From contig JBBQER010000003.1 in assembly GCA_038320885.1 (NCBI GenBank), forward strand, positions 11,794 through 75,793: 64,000 nucleotides of DNA. Reading direction: 5' to 3'. Positions 34,040-42,821 of the stretch are shown here, in pieces. This DNA is from Acidimicrobiia bacterium (GTDB lineage Bacteria; Actinomycetota; Acidimicrobiia; IMCC26256; PALSA-610). The notes under the pieces were generated by a model that made no database searches, had not been told where the DNA came from, and saw only the letters and a list, made by a program, of their open reading frames with translations. Positions within the stretch are counted from its first letter, which is position 1. The number at the start of each line of letters is the position of its first letter. The position numbers and the translations under genes were made by a program.

Positions 34040-35904
34040 GTGACGAATCGACGAGCCAGACGCGGGCCAGAACCGGATCGGCGATTGTCGGTGTCGCCGT
34101 ACTTGGTGCCCTCCTGACGATTGGGTTCTTCCCGGAGCTCTTCTCGCGCGCCGATGGCTACGACGACGAGGGTGCTCTCGTCGTAACCCTGCGCCAGTTC
34201 GTGAACCACGGAAGCCTCTACGACCACACGCACGGCGCGTACGGGCCCTTCTACTACTCGTTCCTCGGCTTCATCTACAAGGTGACCGGCCAGAGCCCCA
34301 CGCCTTTCAACGGACGGCTCATCGCCCTGGGTATCACCGGGTTGTCGGCCGCGTTGTTCGCGGCGACGGTCTGGAGAGTGACGCGGAGCCTGGCATTCAC
34401 GCTCCTCGCGGAGCTCGTCACGTTCTGCTTGCTGGTCGGTGTCGCCGGAAATCAGCCAACGCACCCCGGCCCCTTGATCGTCCTGCTCGTCGCGGTGTTG
34501 CTCTACGGCCTCGCGGGCTACGCCCTGGACCCGCGCACGGTGTTCCTCGTGTTCATCGGAGGGGCAACCGGCGCCCTCTTGATGTGCAAGATCAATGTCG
34601 GGCTCTTCGCCGCGACCGCCGTCGTCATCGGCTTCGTCGTCGGTAACCGGCGCTATCCGAAGACGTGGAGCAAGGCGGTGGCTGCGGCGGCGTTGCTGCT
34701 GCCGTTCCTGCTGATGGCGCAGAGGCTCTACCAGCTGGAAAAGGCACAGTTCGCGCTGCTCGTGGCCCTCGGGTTGCTCCTGACCTACGTGCCGATGCAC
34801 GTAGACGTCGTCACGCTTCCTAGACGCGCGCTGGCCACGATAGCGGTATCCGCGCTGGCACTGATGGTCGCGTCAGTGCTCTGGCCGCTCGCGGACGAGA
34901 CGAGTCCGGGCGCGCTCGTGCGGGGAGTGCTGATCCAACCGACGGCACAAGCGGAGCACCTGACCGGGCGGGCTGCGGTCACATTCGAGTGGCTCGCGTT
35001 CCTCATCACGATCGGTGTCACGTACGCAGTTCTGCTCCGCAAAGGCGGCCGTGACGTCCGGCAGCTCGTGAGCCCATGGCTCCTCAGCGCGGGTCTCGGC
35101 CTGGCCGGGCTCTACGTGCTCGGGCTCGCCGTACTACACGGAAACGTGGTGTTCCTTGCCTGGCTTCCGTCGATCGCGCTGGTTCCCGCCCTGGCCTTGC
35201 TCTCCGACGCACCGCCGAAGATACGGCTGGTACTGCGCTTCCTCATTCCCGTCGCGATCTTGCAGATTCTCCATGCCTATCCCGTGCCCGCCTCGCAGCG
35301 CGTGTGGGGACTCGTCGCGATCTGCATTCCCTGCGTGATCGCGATGGCGGTCGCCGCCGACCGCCTCGCACTCTGGCAGCGGGCCAAGCCCGGTGCGCGA
35401 GCCCTCATCATCGGAGCGCTGGGCCTCGTGTTCCTCCTCTTCGGCGGGACATCGCCGGTGAGCGCGTGGCACACCTACGCGGACCAGACACCGCTGCACC
35501 TCCCCGGCAGCCGGCTGGTGCGGTTGCCCAAGGCCCGGGTCGTCGAGTTGCGCCAGCTCACGGCTGCCGTGCGGAGTCGGTGCGACACGTTCTACACCGC
35601 GCCCGGCTTCGCCAGCCTCTACATCTATACCGGGCTCCCAACGCCGACCGGCCTCCTGGCCAACTGGCCGGGGGTGCTCGACGACCACGAGCAACGGGAG
35701 CTCGCGATGCAGCTCGCGACCTTGTCGAAGAGCGGCGAACGCGTGTGCATCGTTCGCGTCCTGGGCCGCCAGAAGGAGTGGCTTGCCAGCTCGTACGGAG
35801 CAGGACCGTTGGGTAGGTCCCTCGCGCACTACCAGGCGCGGATCGCCGTCGTCGGCCACTACTCGATCTCGGTCGAGGCAAAGACGCCGAAGCGCCCGTC
35901 GTAG
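34036..35904 (+). CDS. polytopic membrane protein, candidate GT-C-fold (ArnT/PMT-like) glycosyltransferase, copy B
   Basis: GTGA overlap with the upstream stop. YDDEGAL first-loop motif. Same architecture as 24846-26699. Confidence 0.55.
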   Translation: MSDESTSQTRARTGSAIVGVAVLGALLTIGFFPELFSRADGYDDEGALVVTLRQFVNHGSLYDHTHGAYGPFYYSFLGFIYKVTGQSPTPFNGRLIALGITGLSAALFAATVWRVTRSLAFTLLAELVTFCLLVGVAGNQPTHPGPLIVLLVAVLLYGLAGYALDPRTVFLVFIGGATGALLMCKINVGLFAATAVVIGFVVGNRRYPKTWSKAVAAAALLLPFLLMAQRLYQLEKAQFALLVALGLLLTYVPMHVDVVTLPRRALATIAVSALALMVASVLWPLADETSPGALVRGVLIQPTAQAEHLTGRAAVTFEWLAFLITIGVTYAVLLRKGGRDVRQLVSPWLLSAGLGLAGLYVLGLAVLHGNVVFLAWLPSIALVPALALLSDAPPKIRLVLRFLIPVAILQILHAYPVPASQRVWGLVAICIPCVIAMAVAADRLALWQRAKPGARALIIGALGLVFLLFGGTSPVSAWHTYADQTPLHLPGSRLVRLPKARVVELRQLTAAVRSRCDTFYTAPGFASLYIYTGLPTPTGLLANWPGVLDDHEQRELAMQLATLSKSGERVCIVRVLGRQKEWLASSYGAGPLGRSLAHYQARIAVVGHYSISVEAKTPKRPS

Positions 35905-35913
35905 GCTTGCCCG

Positions 35914-36831
35914 GTGGCGGAAGAGCAACGCGTTGATGGCGGACCCGAGTTGGAACGTCTTGCCGGTCTCGGCTGGCCGCCGCACGCGGTGCGCAGCACC
36001 GCCGCCGGCGTTCATGTCAGTGGCGACGAAGTTGGCGTGCACTACCCCGAAGGTGGGTTGGCCGCGCTCGGTCTCGACGGTGGAAGCGGGTACTGGTTCG
36101 ACCATCGAGCGCGCGAAGTCGCCGAAGCCCTCGAGGCGGCCACGGACGCCCGGTCGATCTGGGACATCGGCGCCGGTGCCGGGTCGATGTCGCTGCGTCT
36201 CTCCCGGGCCGGCTTCGACGTCGTGTCGGTCGAACCGTTGATGGAAGGCGCAGTCGCGATCGCGCAGATGCGGTGCAGCGACGTGTTCTGCAGCACGCTC
36301 GAGGGGCTTCGGCTGCCTACGCACTCCGTTCGCGTTCTCGGGTTCTTCGACGTGATCGAGCACCTTGACGATCCGCGGGCGCTGATGGAGGAAGCCCAAC
36401 GGGTCTTGGAACCGAGCGGCACGATTGTCCTCACGGTTCCGGCCTTTCAATCGCTTTGGAGCAACTCCGACGTGGTCGCAGGGCACCAGCGCCGGTACAG
36501 CCGCAAAGCGCTCGACGCGTTCATGCAGTCGTGCGGACTCCGTCGCGTGACCTCGAAGTACCTCTTCGCCTCGCTCCTCCCGCCCGCGGTGGCACTGCGC
36601 ACGATCCCGTACCGGCTCGGGCGGCGTCGCACCACCGAGGACGTGCTCGCGGCCAATGCGAAACGGCTCGCTCCGAACGCGCGCGTCGACGCCGTCGCCG
36701 CGCGGCTCATGCGCGTCGAGAGCGCAATCGCGCGGCGGTTTCCGCTCCCGGCCGGCTTGAGCGTGCTGGGTGTCTACACGACCGCGGACGCCCAGGGGAG
36801 CGAGCGGCCGAGGAACTCCTCGAGTCGCTGA
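35914..36831 (+). CDS. class I SAM-dependent methyltransferase
   Basis: Motif I IWDIGAGAGSMS and post-I DVVSVEP. 305 aa. Confidence 0.75.
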   Translation: MAEEQRVDGGPELERLAGLGWPPHAVRSTAAGVHVSGDEVGVHYPEGGLAALGLDGGSGYWFDHRAREVAEALEAATDARSIWDIGAGAGSMSLRLSRAGFDVVSVEPLMEGAVAIAQMRCSDVFCSTLEGLRLPTHSVRVLGFFDVIEHLDDPRALMEEAQRVLEPSGTIVLTVPAFQSLWSNSDVVAGHQRRYSRKALDAFMQSCGLRRVTSKYLFASLLPPAVALRTIPYRLGRRRTTEDVLAANAKRLAPNARVDAVAARLMRVESAIARRFPLPAGLSVLGVYTTADAQGSERPRNSSSR

Positions 36832-37538
36832 GTCGGCTCTCGAAAGTACTCGCGCAACCGTTCCTCGATCTCGGTGTCCACGGGTTCGTCGGTGGTTGCC
36901 GACGCGTTGACTGCGGAGCCGACCGCGGCCGGCCGGAACCTGTCGTCGACACCGAGTCGGGCGTACAGGTCGGCGACGACGCCGGCGTCGGTCACGAGCT
37001 CTTCGAACACCAACACGTGGATGAGCTCGGGCGCGGCGTGGCGAACGAGTCGCTCGAGATATTCGATGTACCGCCCGCGGGCGAGATAGGCGAACGGCGA
37101 AACCGAGAAGCGCTCGCGATCCCATGGTCGCTTCCACGCCTCCACGCGGAGGGCCTCGGAGATCGGAAGGGCTTCCACGCCGTTCTCGGCGCTGAATCGG
37201 TAGTTCGAGATCGCCCGGTGGACCGGGTCACGGAGCACCACGATGAGCGGAGCAGCCGGCAACATGGTGGCGATTCGTCGCGCGGCAACGTCCGACTCGA
37301 TGTAGCTCGTGCTCTTCTCGCCCCGCACTTGCGTTTCGGGCTCCGAGAAGAATTCAGATTCGTAGTACTCGAGTCCGCGCGCGTATCGGTCGTCGTCGAG
37401 GAAGAACTTCGGCTCGGGTCGAAGCGGTTTTGCCATCTCGATCTGCGGATGCGCGTCGAGGAGGTCGCAGAGATACGTCGTTCCGCACCGCTGCGCGCCG
37501 ACGACCACGAAGTGATCGACGGGCTTCCGATCAGGCAT
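36774..37538 (-). CDS. sulfotransferase family protein
   Basis: 5'-PSB-type loop VVVGAQRCGTTYL and 3'-PB-like VVLRDPVHRAISNY. ATGCCTGA overlap with the upstream GT2 stop. Confidence 0.8.
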   Translation of the reverse strand: MPDRKPVDHFVVVGAQRCGTTYLCDLLDAHPQIEMAKPLRPEPKFFLDDDRYARGLEYYESEFFSEPETQVRGEKSTSYIESDVAARRIATMLPAAPLIVVLRDPVHRAISNYRFSAENGVEALPISEALRVEAWKRPWDRERFSVSPFAYLARGRYIEYLERLVRHAAPELIHVLVFEELVTDAGVVADLYARLGVDDRFRPAAVGSAVNASATTDEPVDTEIEERLREYFREPTQRLEEFLGRSLPWASAVV

Positions 37539-38514
37539 CCGTGCCGATCTCTTCGAGGATGTGGTACGACTCGATCTCGGTAACCTGCTTGAGCGTTCGC
37601 AGTACGTACTCGCCGAGCATGCTCAACATCAAGATGATGACCCCGTTGAGGAACGACAACAACACGATGATCGTGGTGAAACCGGTGACCTGCGAGTCGC
37701 CGAGCAGGTGGCGGACCATGAATCCCAGCCCGACGACGAAGCTCAGGACCGAGATCACGAATCCGATGACGGCCGAGAAGCGCAGCGGGAACAACGAGTA
37801 GCTGAACAGGATTCGCAGCACCAGGCGGCCGATGCGGATGGGGCTGTAGGTGCTCTTGCCGACGGCGCGGGGTGCATGCTCGACCTCGACGTTGCTGCGC
37901 CGGCTCGAGTAGAGCAGGGCCTGGCCGGTGATGTAAGGGTATGAGCTGCGCGACGCGCAGATCCGGTTCACCACGTCGCGGCGCAGGATCCGGAAGTTGC
38001 TGACGACGAGGTCGGCGGGCTGGCCGAAGATCCGGCGGTTCATCACGCCGATGACCTTGCTGCCGAGGTTCCGGTGCGGTGCCGCCTGCTTGCGGCGGAA
38101 CTTGCCGAACACCGCATCGGAGCCGTTCATCGCCTCCAGGATGAGGTGGATGATCTCCTCCGGCGGATTTTGCAGGTCGTCGTCCATGGTCACGACATAG
38201 TCGCCCTTGGCGGAACGGAGGCCGCAGAGATTTGCGTTGTGCTGGCCGTAGTTCCGGAGCAGGTTCATCGCGCGCACGTGCGGGTAGCGCTCGGCCGCGT
38301 CCCGCACCACGTCCCACGATCCGTCGGTGCTCCCGTCGTTGACCAGGATCACCTCGTACCGGAGCCGGTTCGTCTCGAAGAACGCGACCGTCCGCTCGAT
38401 CGTCGTCCCGACGATGGGCTCGCTGTTGAACACGGGGATCACGACCGAGTACAGGAAACTGTGCATGTCCAGCGGCGCGGCCGCCGGCTGGGGGCGAGGG
38501 TGCGCCAAGCTCAT
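37531..38514 (-). CDS. family 2 glycosyltransferase, ArnC/GtrB-like polyprenyl-phosphate sugar transferase
   Basis: VVIPVFNSE...ILVNDGSTDGS...MDDDLQNPPEE plus two C-terminal TM helices. Start taken at MSLAHPRP, 19 nt after the aminotransferase stop. Confidence 0.85.
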   Translation of the reverse strand: MSLAHPRPQPAAAPLDMHSFLYSVVIPVFNSEPIVGTTIERTVAFFETNRLRYEVILVNDGSTDGSWDVVRDAAERYPHVRAMNLLRNYGQHNANLCGLRSAKGDYVVTMDDDLQNPPEEIIHLILEAMNGSDAVFGKFRRKQAAPHRNLGSKVIGVMNRRIFGQPADLVVSNFRILRRDVVNRICASRSSYPYITGQALLYSSRRSNVEVEHAPRAVGKSTYSPIRIGRLVLRILFSYSLFPLRFSAVIGFVISVLSFVVGLGFMVRHLLGDSQVTGFTTIIVLLSFLNGVIILMLSMLGEYVLRTLKQVTEIESYHILEEIGTDA

Positions 38515-38533
38515 TCGACCGAACTCATTTCGA

Positions 38534-39694
38534 TCAGTCCCGGGCCCGGGTCCGACCGGCGACGAGTGCTGCGCGGAACACACCGACGACCCGCTCGGCA
38601 TCGTCGTTCGAGAGATTGTTGTGGAACGGCAGCCGCAGCAACCGGCCGCTCACGTCGTCGGTTACCGGGCACTCCGTGGGGCGAGCCGCGAACTTGGCAG
38701 CCGCGGGCGCGCTGTGGAGCGGAACGTAGTGGAACGTCGGGTGCACACCGTGCGCGCACATCGATTCGATCGTTGCATCGCGCGTCCGGCGGTCGGGGAG
38801 CAACACATAGAACATGTGGTACGCCTGATCGCGGTCACCGGGCACGACCGGGAGCTGGAACGAGAACTCCTCCGCTATGGGCTCGAGGAGGCGCCGGTAG
38901 TTCTCCGACACCGCCCGGCGCTTCCTGAGGATCACCGCTCGCTGTTCGAGCTGCCCGTAGAGGTACGCGGCCAACACCTCGCTCAGGCCGAACGAAGACC
39001 CGATGTCCTGCCACGAATACTTGTCGACCTGACCGAGCATGAACGCGCGGCGGTTCGTTCCCTTGTCGTACAGGACGTGCGCGCGCTCGGCGAACGCCGC
39101 GTCGTTGACGATGAGAGCGCCGCCCTCGCCGCAGATGAAGTTCTTGGTCTCGTGGAAGCTCAGCGTCGCGAATTTTCCGAGGCTCCCGAGCGGGCGCCCG
39201 CGGTAGGAGCCGAACAGTCCGTGCGCGTTGTCTTCGATGACTGCGATGTCGCGCCCGCCGATAGCCGCGTCGATGCCGGCCATGTCGCAGCCGACACCCG
39301 CGTAGTGCACCGGCACTACTGCGCGCACGGAGTCGTCGAGGAGCGTCTCGAGGTGGGCCGGATCGAGACCGAGTGTCTCGCGCTCGATGTCGCAGAACAG
39401 GAGCTTGGCGCCCTCGCGGGCAAAGGCGGTTGCCGTGCTCGTGAACGTGAACGACGGCAGGATCACGGTGTCACCCGGCTGCAGGTCGAGCAACAGTGCC
39501 GACATCTCGAGTGCCGCCGTGCACGAGGTCGTCAGGAGTACGTCGGGCGCGCCGAGCCACTCGCGCAGGAGCTCGGAAACGGCCGCGGCGTACGGCCCGG
39601 AGGAGGAGGTATGCCCCGTCTCGACCGCGGTCTGGATGTAGGCCAGCTCGTTGCCTTCGAGCGACGGTTTGTTGAAACGGATCTCGTCGGTCAT
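38534..39694 (-). CDS. DegT/DnrJ/EryC1/StrS family aminotransferase (WecE/ArnB-like sugar-nucleotide 4-aminotransferase)
   Basis: FNKPSLEGNELAYI, SFHETKN (PLP Lys). Start MTDEIRF preceded by GAGGGGG. Confidence 0.9.
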   Translation of the reverse strand: MTDEIRFNKPSLEGNELAYIQTAVETGHTSSSGPYAAAVSELLREWLGAPDVLLTTSCTAALEMSALLLDLQPGDTVILPSFTFTSTATAFAREGAKLLFCDIERETLGLDPAHLETLLDDSVRAVVPVHYAGVGCDMAGIDAAIGGRDIAVIEDNAHGLFGSYRGRPLGSLGKFATLSFHETKNFICGEGGALIVNDAAFAERAHVLYDKGTNRRAFMLGQVDKYSWQDIGSSFGLSEVLAAYLYGQLEQRAVILRKRRAVSENYRRLLEPIAEEFSFQLPVVPGDRDQAYHMFYVLLPDRRTRDATIESMCAHGVHPTFHYVPLHSAPAAAKFAARPTECPVTDDVSGRLLRLPFHNNLSNDDAERVVGVFRAALVAGRTRARD

Positions 39695-39824
39695 GCGCGC
39701 CCCCTCACGTGCCGATCCACCCGAAACGGCGCCTCCGTGAGAACCCCTCACCATCGAGCAAGGGTAGCTGCGATCCTCCCGTCCCGAAATAGGCCCGTTG
39801 CCCTGCACGGCACGTTCCGGGCTG

Positions 39825-40058
39825 CTCGCGGTCGCCTTTCAGCGCTCGTTGGGTCTCGCGTTTCGCGTCGCGTTCGGCGATGGCGAGGCGCTTGTCGTAG
39901 CGGGTCTTGCCCCGGGCGATCGCGAGCTCGACCTTCGCCCGGCCGTCCTTGAAGTAGAAGCTCAGCGGCACGAGCGTGACGCCCCACTCCTCGGTCGCGC
40001 GTGCGAGCTCGAGGATCTGCTTCTGGTGCAACAACAACTTGCGGGGCGCGCCGGGTCG
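39825..40058 (-). pseudogene. 3' fragment of an smpB gene (last roughly 75 codons), stop codon lost
   Basis: [74 protein letters not shown] aligns codon for codon with the C-terminus of 42335-42796. The N-terminal half is absent. Confidence 0.85.
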
Positions 40059-40063
40059 GCCAT

Positions 40064-40157
40064 CACGGCACCGTCTCAGTTCGCGAGTCTCCAACTACGA
40101 ATGCCGCCCGGGAGGGGCCACTGCGGAGGCGTCACGCCTGCACAATTGTACCAACCG
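40064..40157 (-). promoter_or_regulatory. second copy (X2) of the Dlt-like operon promoter and leader, now upstream of the smpB fragment and the aminotransferase-GT2-sulfotransferase operon
   Basis: -10-like TACAAT (plus strand ATTGTA, 40145-40150). Hairpin AGGCG-TGA-CGCCT (40127-40139). Also retains ATGGCCGACCC, matching the ATGGCGGACCC start of the carrier-protein gene. Confidence 0.4.
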
Positions 40158-40259
40158 TCGATACGCCCTTGACCGCGAGACTCACGCGTATTCGGACCGT
40201 CGAACGGGGACGCCGCGCCGTCCGCCCGCCGAAGGTCGCCGGTTACGCTGGCGGCAAGC

Positions 40260-42320
40260 ATGAAAACGAGTAGCGCGGCGGGCGAGAGCGCGATCGGGTC
40301 GGAACCTACGGCGGCGACCTACCGCCCGCACCTCGATGGGTTGCGGGCGGTAGCCGTCTACCTGGTCGTGCTGTTCCACGCGGGCAGCAGCTGGTTCTCC
40401 GGCGGGTTCATCGGTGTCGACGTGTTCTTCGTGCTCTCCGGCTACCTGGTGACACAACTGCTCCTCCGCGACATCGTGAGCAACGGGCGCATTCGCCTCG
40501 GGCGCTTCTATTCCCGACGATTCCGGCGGCTGTTGCCCGCCGCGTTCGTGGTTCTCATCGTCACGGCGTGCGTGTACACCGCGATCGCGTCGCCGGCAGA
40601 GCAGATCGATGTGATCGGATCGTTCAAAGCGGCGTTCCTGTACTCGACGAACTGGTACTTCGTGCACCAGTCCACGGCGTACTTCGGCGCGAACATCGCG
40701 ACCAATCCGGTGTTGCATTTCTGGTCGTTGGCGGTTGAGGAGCAGTTCTACGTCGTTTGGCCCTTGACGCTCACCGGGGCATTCGTGCTGACCCGACGAT
40801 GGGATCGCGCCAAGCAGCTGCGCATGATCGGGGCGGTCGTTGCCGTCGGCGTGCTTGGCTCCGCTCTGTTCGCGTTGTCACTCAAGTCCGGTGATCCGAA
40901 CCGCGCCTACTACGGAACCGACACCCGCGCCTACGAGCTGCTCGCCGGCGCGTTGGTCGCACTGGTTCCTTCAATCGTGGCGACCGCGCGGCAACGTCGC
41001 GGCCAAATGCGCGCCGCGACGATCGCGAGCATCGCCGCGCTCGGCGTGCTGGCTTCGTCATGGGTTCATCTCGACGCCATCGAGCGCGGCATCGCGGTGA
41101 CGATCACGACGGTCGTGCTCATCGTCGCGCTCGAAACGGCCGACGGCGGCATTGTGAAGCGCCTTCTCTCGACTCGGACAATGACCTACCTGGGCAAGAT
41201 CTCGTACGGCACGTACCTGTGGCACTGGCTCGTTATCCTCGTGCTCCTCAAGACCTTCCACCCCAGCACGCTCGCGACCATCGGCATCGCGTTCCTCGTC
41301 GCCACCGGCCTCGCATCCCTCAGCTTCGACCTGATGGAACACCCGATCCGGGCCTCGCAACGCCTCGACCGACATCGGGGAGCCGTGATCGCGCTCGGTT
41401 TGACCGTGACGGTGGTGAGCGCGCTCGTGTTGGTGCCCTCGATACTCGACGATTCGCACGCCGGGGCCGTGGGAGTCGCCGGATCGGTGACAAGCGGCGT
41501 CGCGCCGGTTCCGGCCGGGCTCGACTGGAGAGCAGTCAAGCGGGAAGACCGGAGCGCTCCCACCTGCTTCGCCAAGCCGCTGACGAAGTGCGTCGTCGTG
41601 CACGGGACCGGCAAGACGGTCGCGCTCATCGGCGACAGCCACGCGCAAATGCTGATTGCGCCGATGACTGAGATCGCCAAGGCCGAGAATTGGACGCTGG
41701 CGGTGCTCATCTGGAACGCCTGTCCGTGGCAAGACGGGCTCTGGCGCTTCACGGCTGCGAACCGGCGGAGCTGCCTTGCCTGGAAGGCCGATCTACGCAC
41801 CCGCGTGATCCCTCGACTGAACCCCGACGTCGTCGTGTTGATACACGCGCCGATGGACCGCGAAGGGTTGAAGGGCCAGCACCTCGGGGGACCGGACGGC
41901 CCGCTCGCGACGGGCTCACCGGCGGCCGAGCGAGCCATTGAGGCCGCGACCGACAAGACGGTTGCACGCCTCAGCGCGAACCGTGACGTGGTGATCATCG
42001 AGCCGATTCCGCAGGGCCCGCCGGGCTATGACCCTTTGGGATGCCTTTCGACAGCGCGCTTCCTCGACCAGTGTCGCTTCGTCGCGAGCGCCTCGCCTTC
42101 GCCGACGGAGCAGCACTACCGCGCCCTTGCACGGTCCTCGGATCACGTGTTCGATCTCGACATCGACCGGTTGGCCTGTCCCTATCTCCCCATCTGCGAC
42201 CCGGTGGTCCGCGGCAAGATCGTCTGGTACGACCTCTCGCACCTCTCGATCGCGTATTCGCGTACGCTGGCAGAGCCGATTCGATCGCTCTTGACTGCCG
42301 ACGGGATCGGATCCGGTTAA
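40260..42320 (+). CDS. acyltransferase-3 (OafA/YrhL-like) membrane domain fused to a C-terminal SGNH domain
   Basis: YRPHLDGLRAVAVYLVVLFHAG...VDVFFVLSGYL (AT3). VALIGDSHAQM (SGNH block I). 686 aa. Confidence 0.85.
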   Translation: MKTSSAAGESAIGSEPTAATYRPHLDGLRAVAVYLVVLFHAGSSWFSGGFIGVDVFFVLSGYLVTQLLLRDIVSNGRIRLGRFYSRRFRRLLPAAFVVLIVTACVYTAIASPAEQIDVIGSFKAAFLYSTNWYFVHQSTAYFGANIATNPVLHFWSLAVEEQFYVVWPLTLTGAFVLTRRWDRAKQLRMIGAVVAVGVLGSALFALSLKSGDPNRAYYGTDTRAYELLAGALVALVPSIVATARQRRGQMRAATIASIAALGVLASSWVHLDAIERGIAVTITTVVLIVALETADGGIVKRLLSTRTMTYLGKISYGTYLWHWLVILVLLKTFHPSTLATIGIAFLVATGLASLSFDLMEHPIRASQRLDRHRGAVIALGLTVTVVSALVLVPSILDDSHAGAVGVAGSVTSGVAPVPAGLDWRAVKREDRSAPTCFAKPLTKCVVVHGTGKTVALIGDSHAQMLIAPMTEIAKAENWTLAVLIWNACPWQDGLWRFTAANRRSCLAWKADLRTRVIPRLNPDVVVLIHAPMDREGLKGQHLGGPDGPLATGSPAAERAIEAATDKTVARLSANRDVVIIEPIPQGPPGYDPLGCLSTARFLDQCRFVASASPSPTEQHYRALARSSDHVFDLDIDRLACPYLPICDPVVRGKIVWYDLSHLSIAYSRTLAEPIRSLLTADGIGSG

Positions 42321-42334
42321 TTCGTCAACCCGAG

Positions 42335-42796
42335 TTACTCGCGGTCGCCCTTGAGCGCTCGCTGCGTCTCGCGTTTGGCGTCCCGTTCGGCGATTGCCTG
42401 TCGCTTGTCGTAGCGCGCCTTGCCCCGCGCGATCGCAAGCTCGACCTTCGCCCGGCCGTCCTTGAAGTAGACGCTGAGCGGTACGAGCGTAATGCCGCGC
42501 TCCTCGGTCGCGCGGGCGAGCTCGTCGATCTGCTTGTGGTGGAGGAGCAGCTTGCGCGGCCGGACCGGATCGAGATCACCCCGGGAGAACTCGTAGGGCG
42601 ACACGTGCATGCCGAACAGCCAGACTTCGCCATTGTCGATTCGGGCGTAGCCGTCTTGGAGGTTGGCGCGACCGTTGCGGATCGACTTGACCTCGGGGCC
42701 CTTCAACACGATCCCGCACTCGTAGGTATCGAGCACGAAGTAGTCGTAGCGGGCCCTGCGATTCGAGATCACGACCCGGTCGCCGCGGTTCGGCAT
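42335..42796 (-). CDS. smpB: SsrA-binding protein SmpB
   Basis: Full-length 153 aa: ...ISNRRARYDYFVLDTYECGIVLKGPEVKSIR...LLLHHKQIDELA...[23 protein letters not shown]. Confidence 0.95.
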   Translation of the reverse strand: MPNRGDRVVISNRRARYDYFVLDTYECGIVLKGPEVKSIRNGRANLQDGYARIDNGEVWLFGMHVSPYEFSRGDLDPVRPRKLLLHHKQIDELARATEERGITLVPLSVYFKDGRAKVELAIARGKARYDKRQAIAERDAKRETQRALKGDRE

Positions 42797-42821
42797 AGGA
42801 AGCGACTGTACGCTCCCACGA

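Noticed and set aside
39705-40094. 129-aa ORF ([12 protein letters not shown]...) as a functional short SmpB paralog.
   Set aside because: It contains only the C-terminal half of SmpB. Its N-terminus is translated leader sequence, the native stop is lost so it reads into unrelated sequence, and the leader-derived ATGGCCGACCC start is out of frame. It is treated as a pseudogene or scar.
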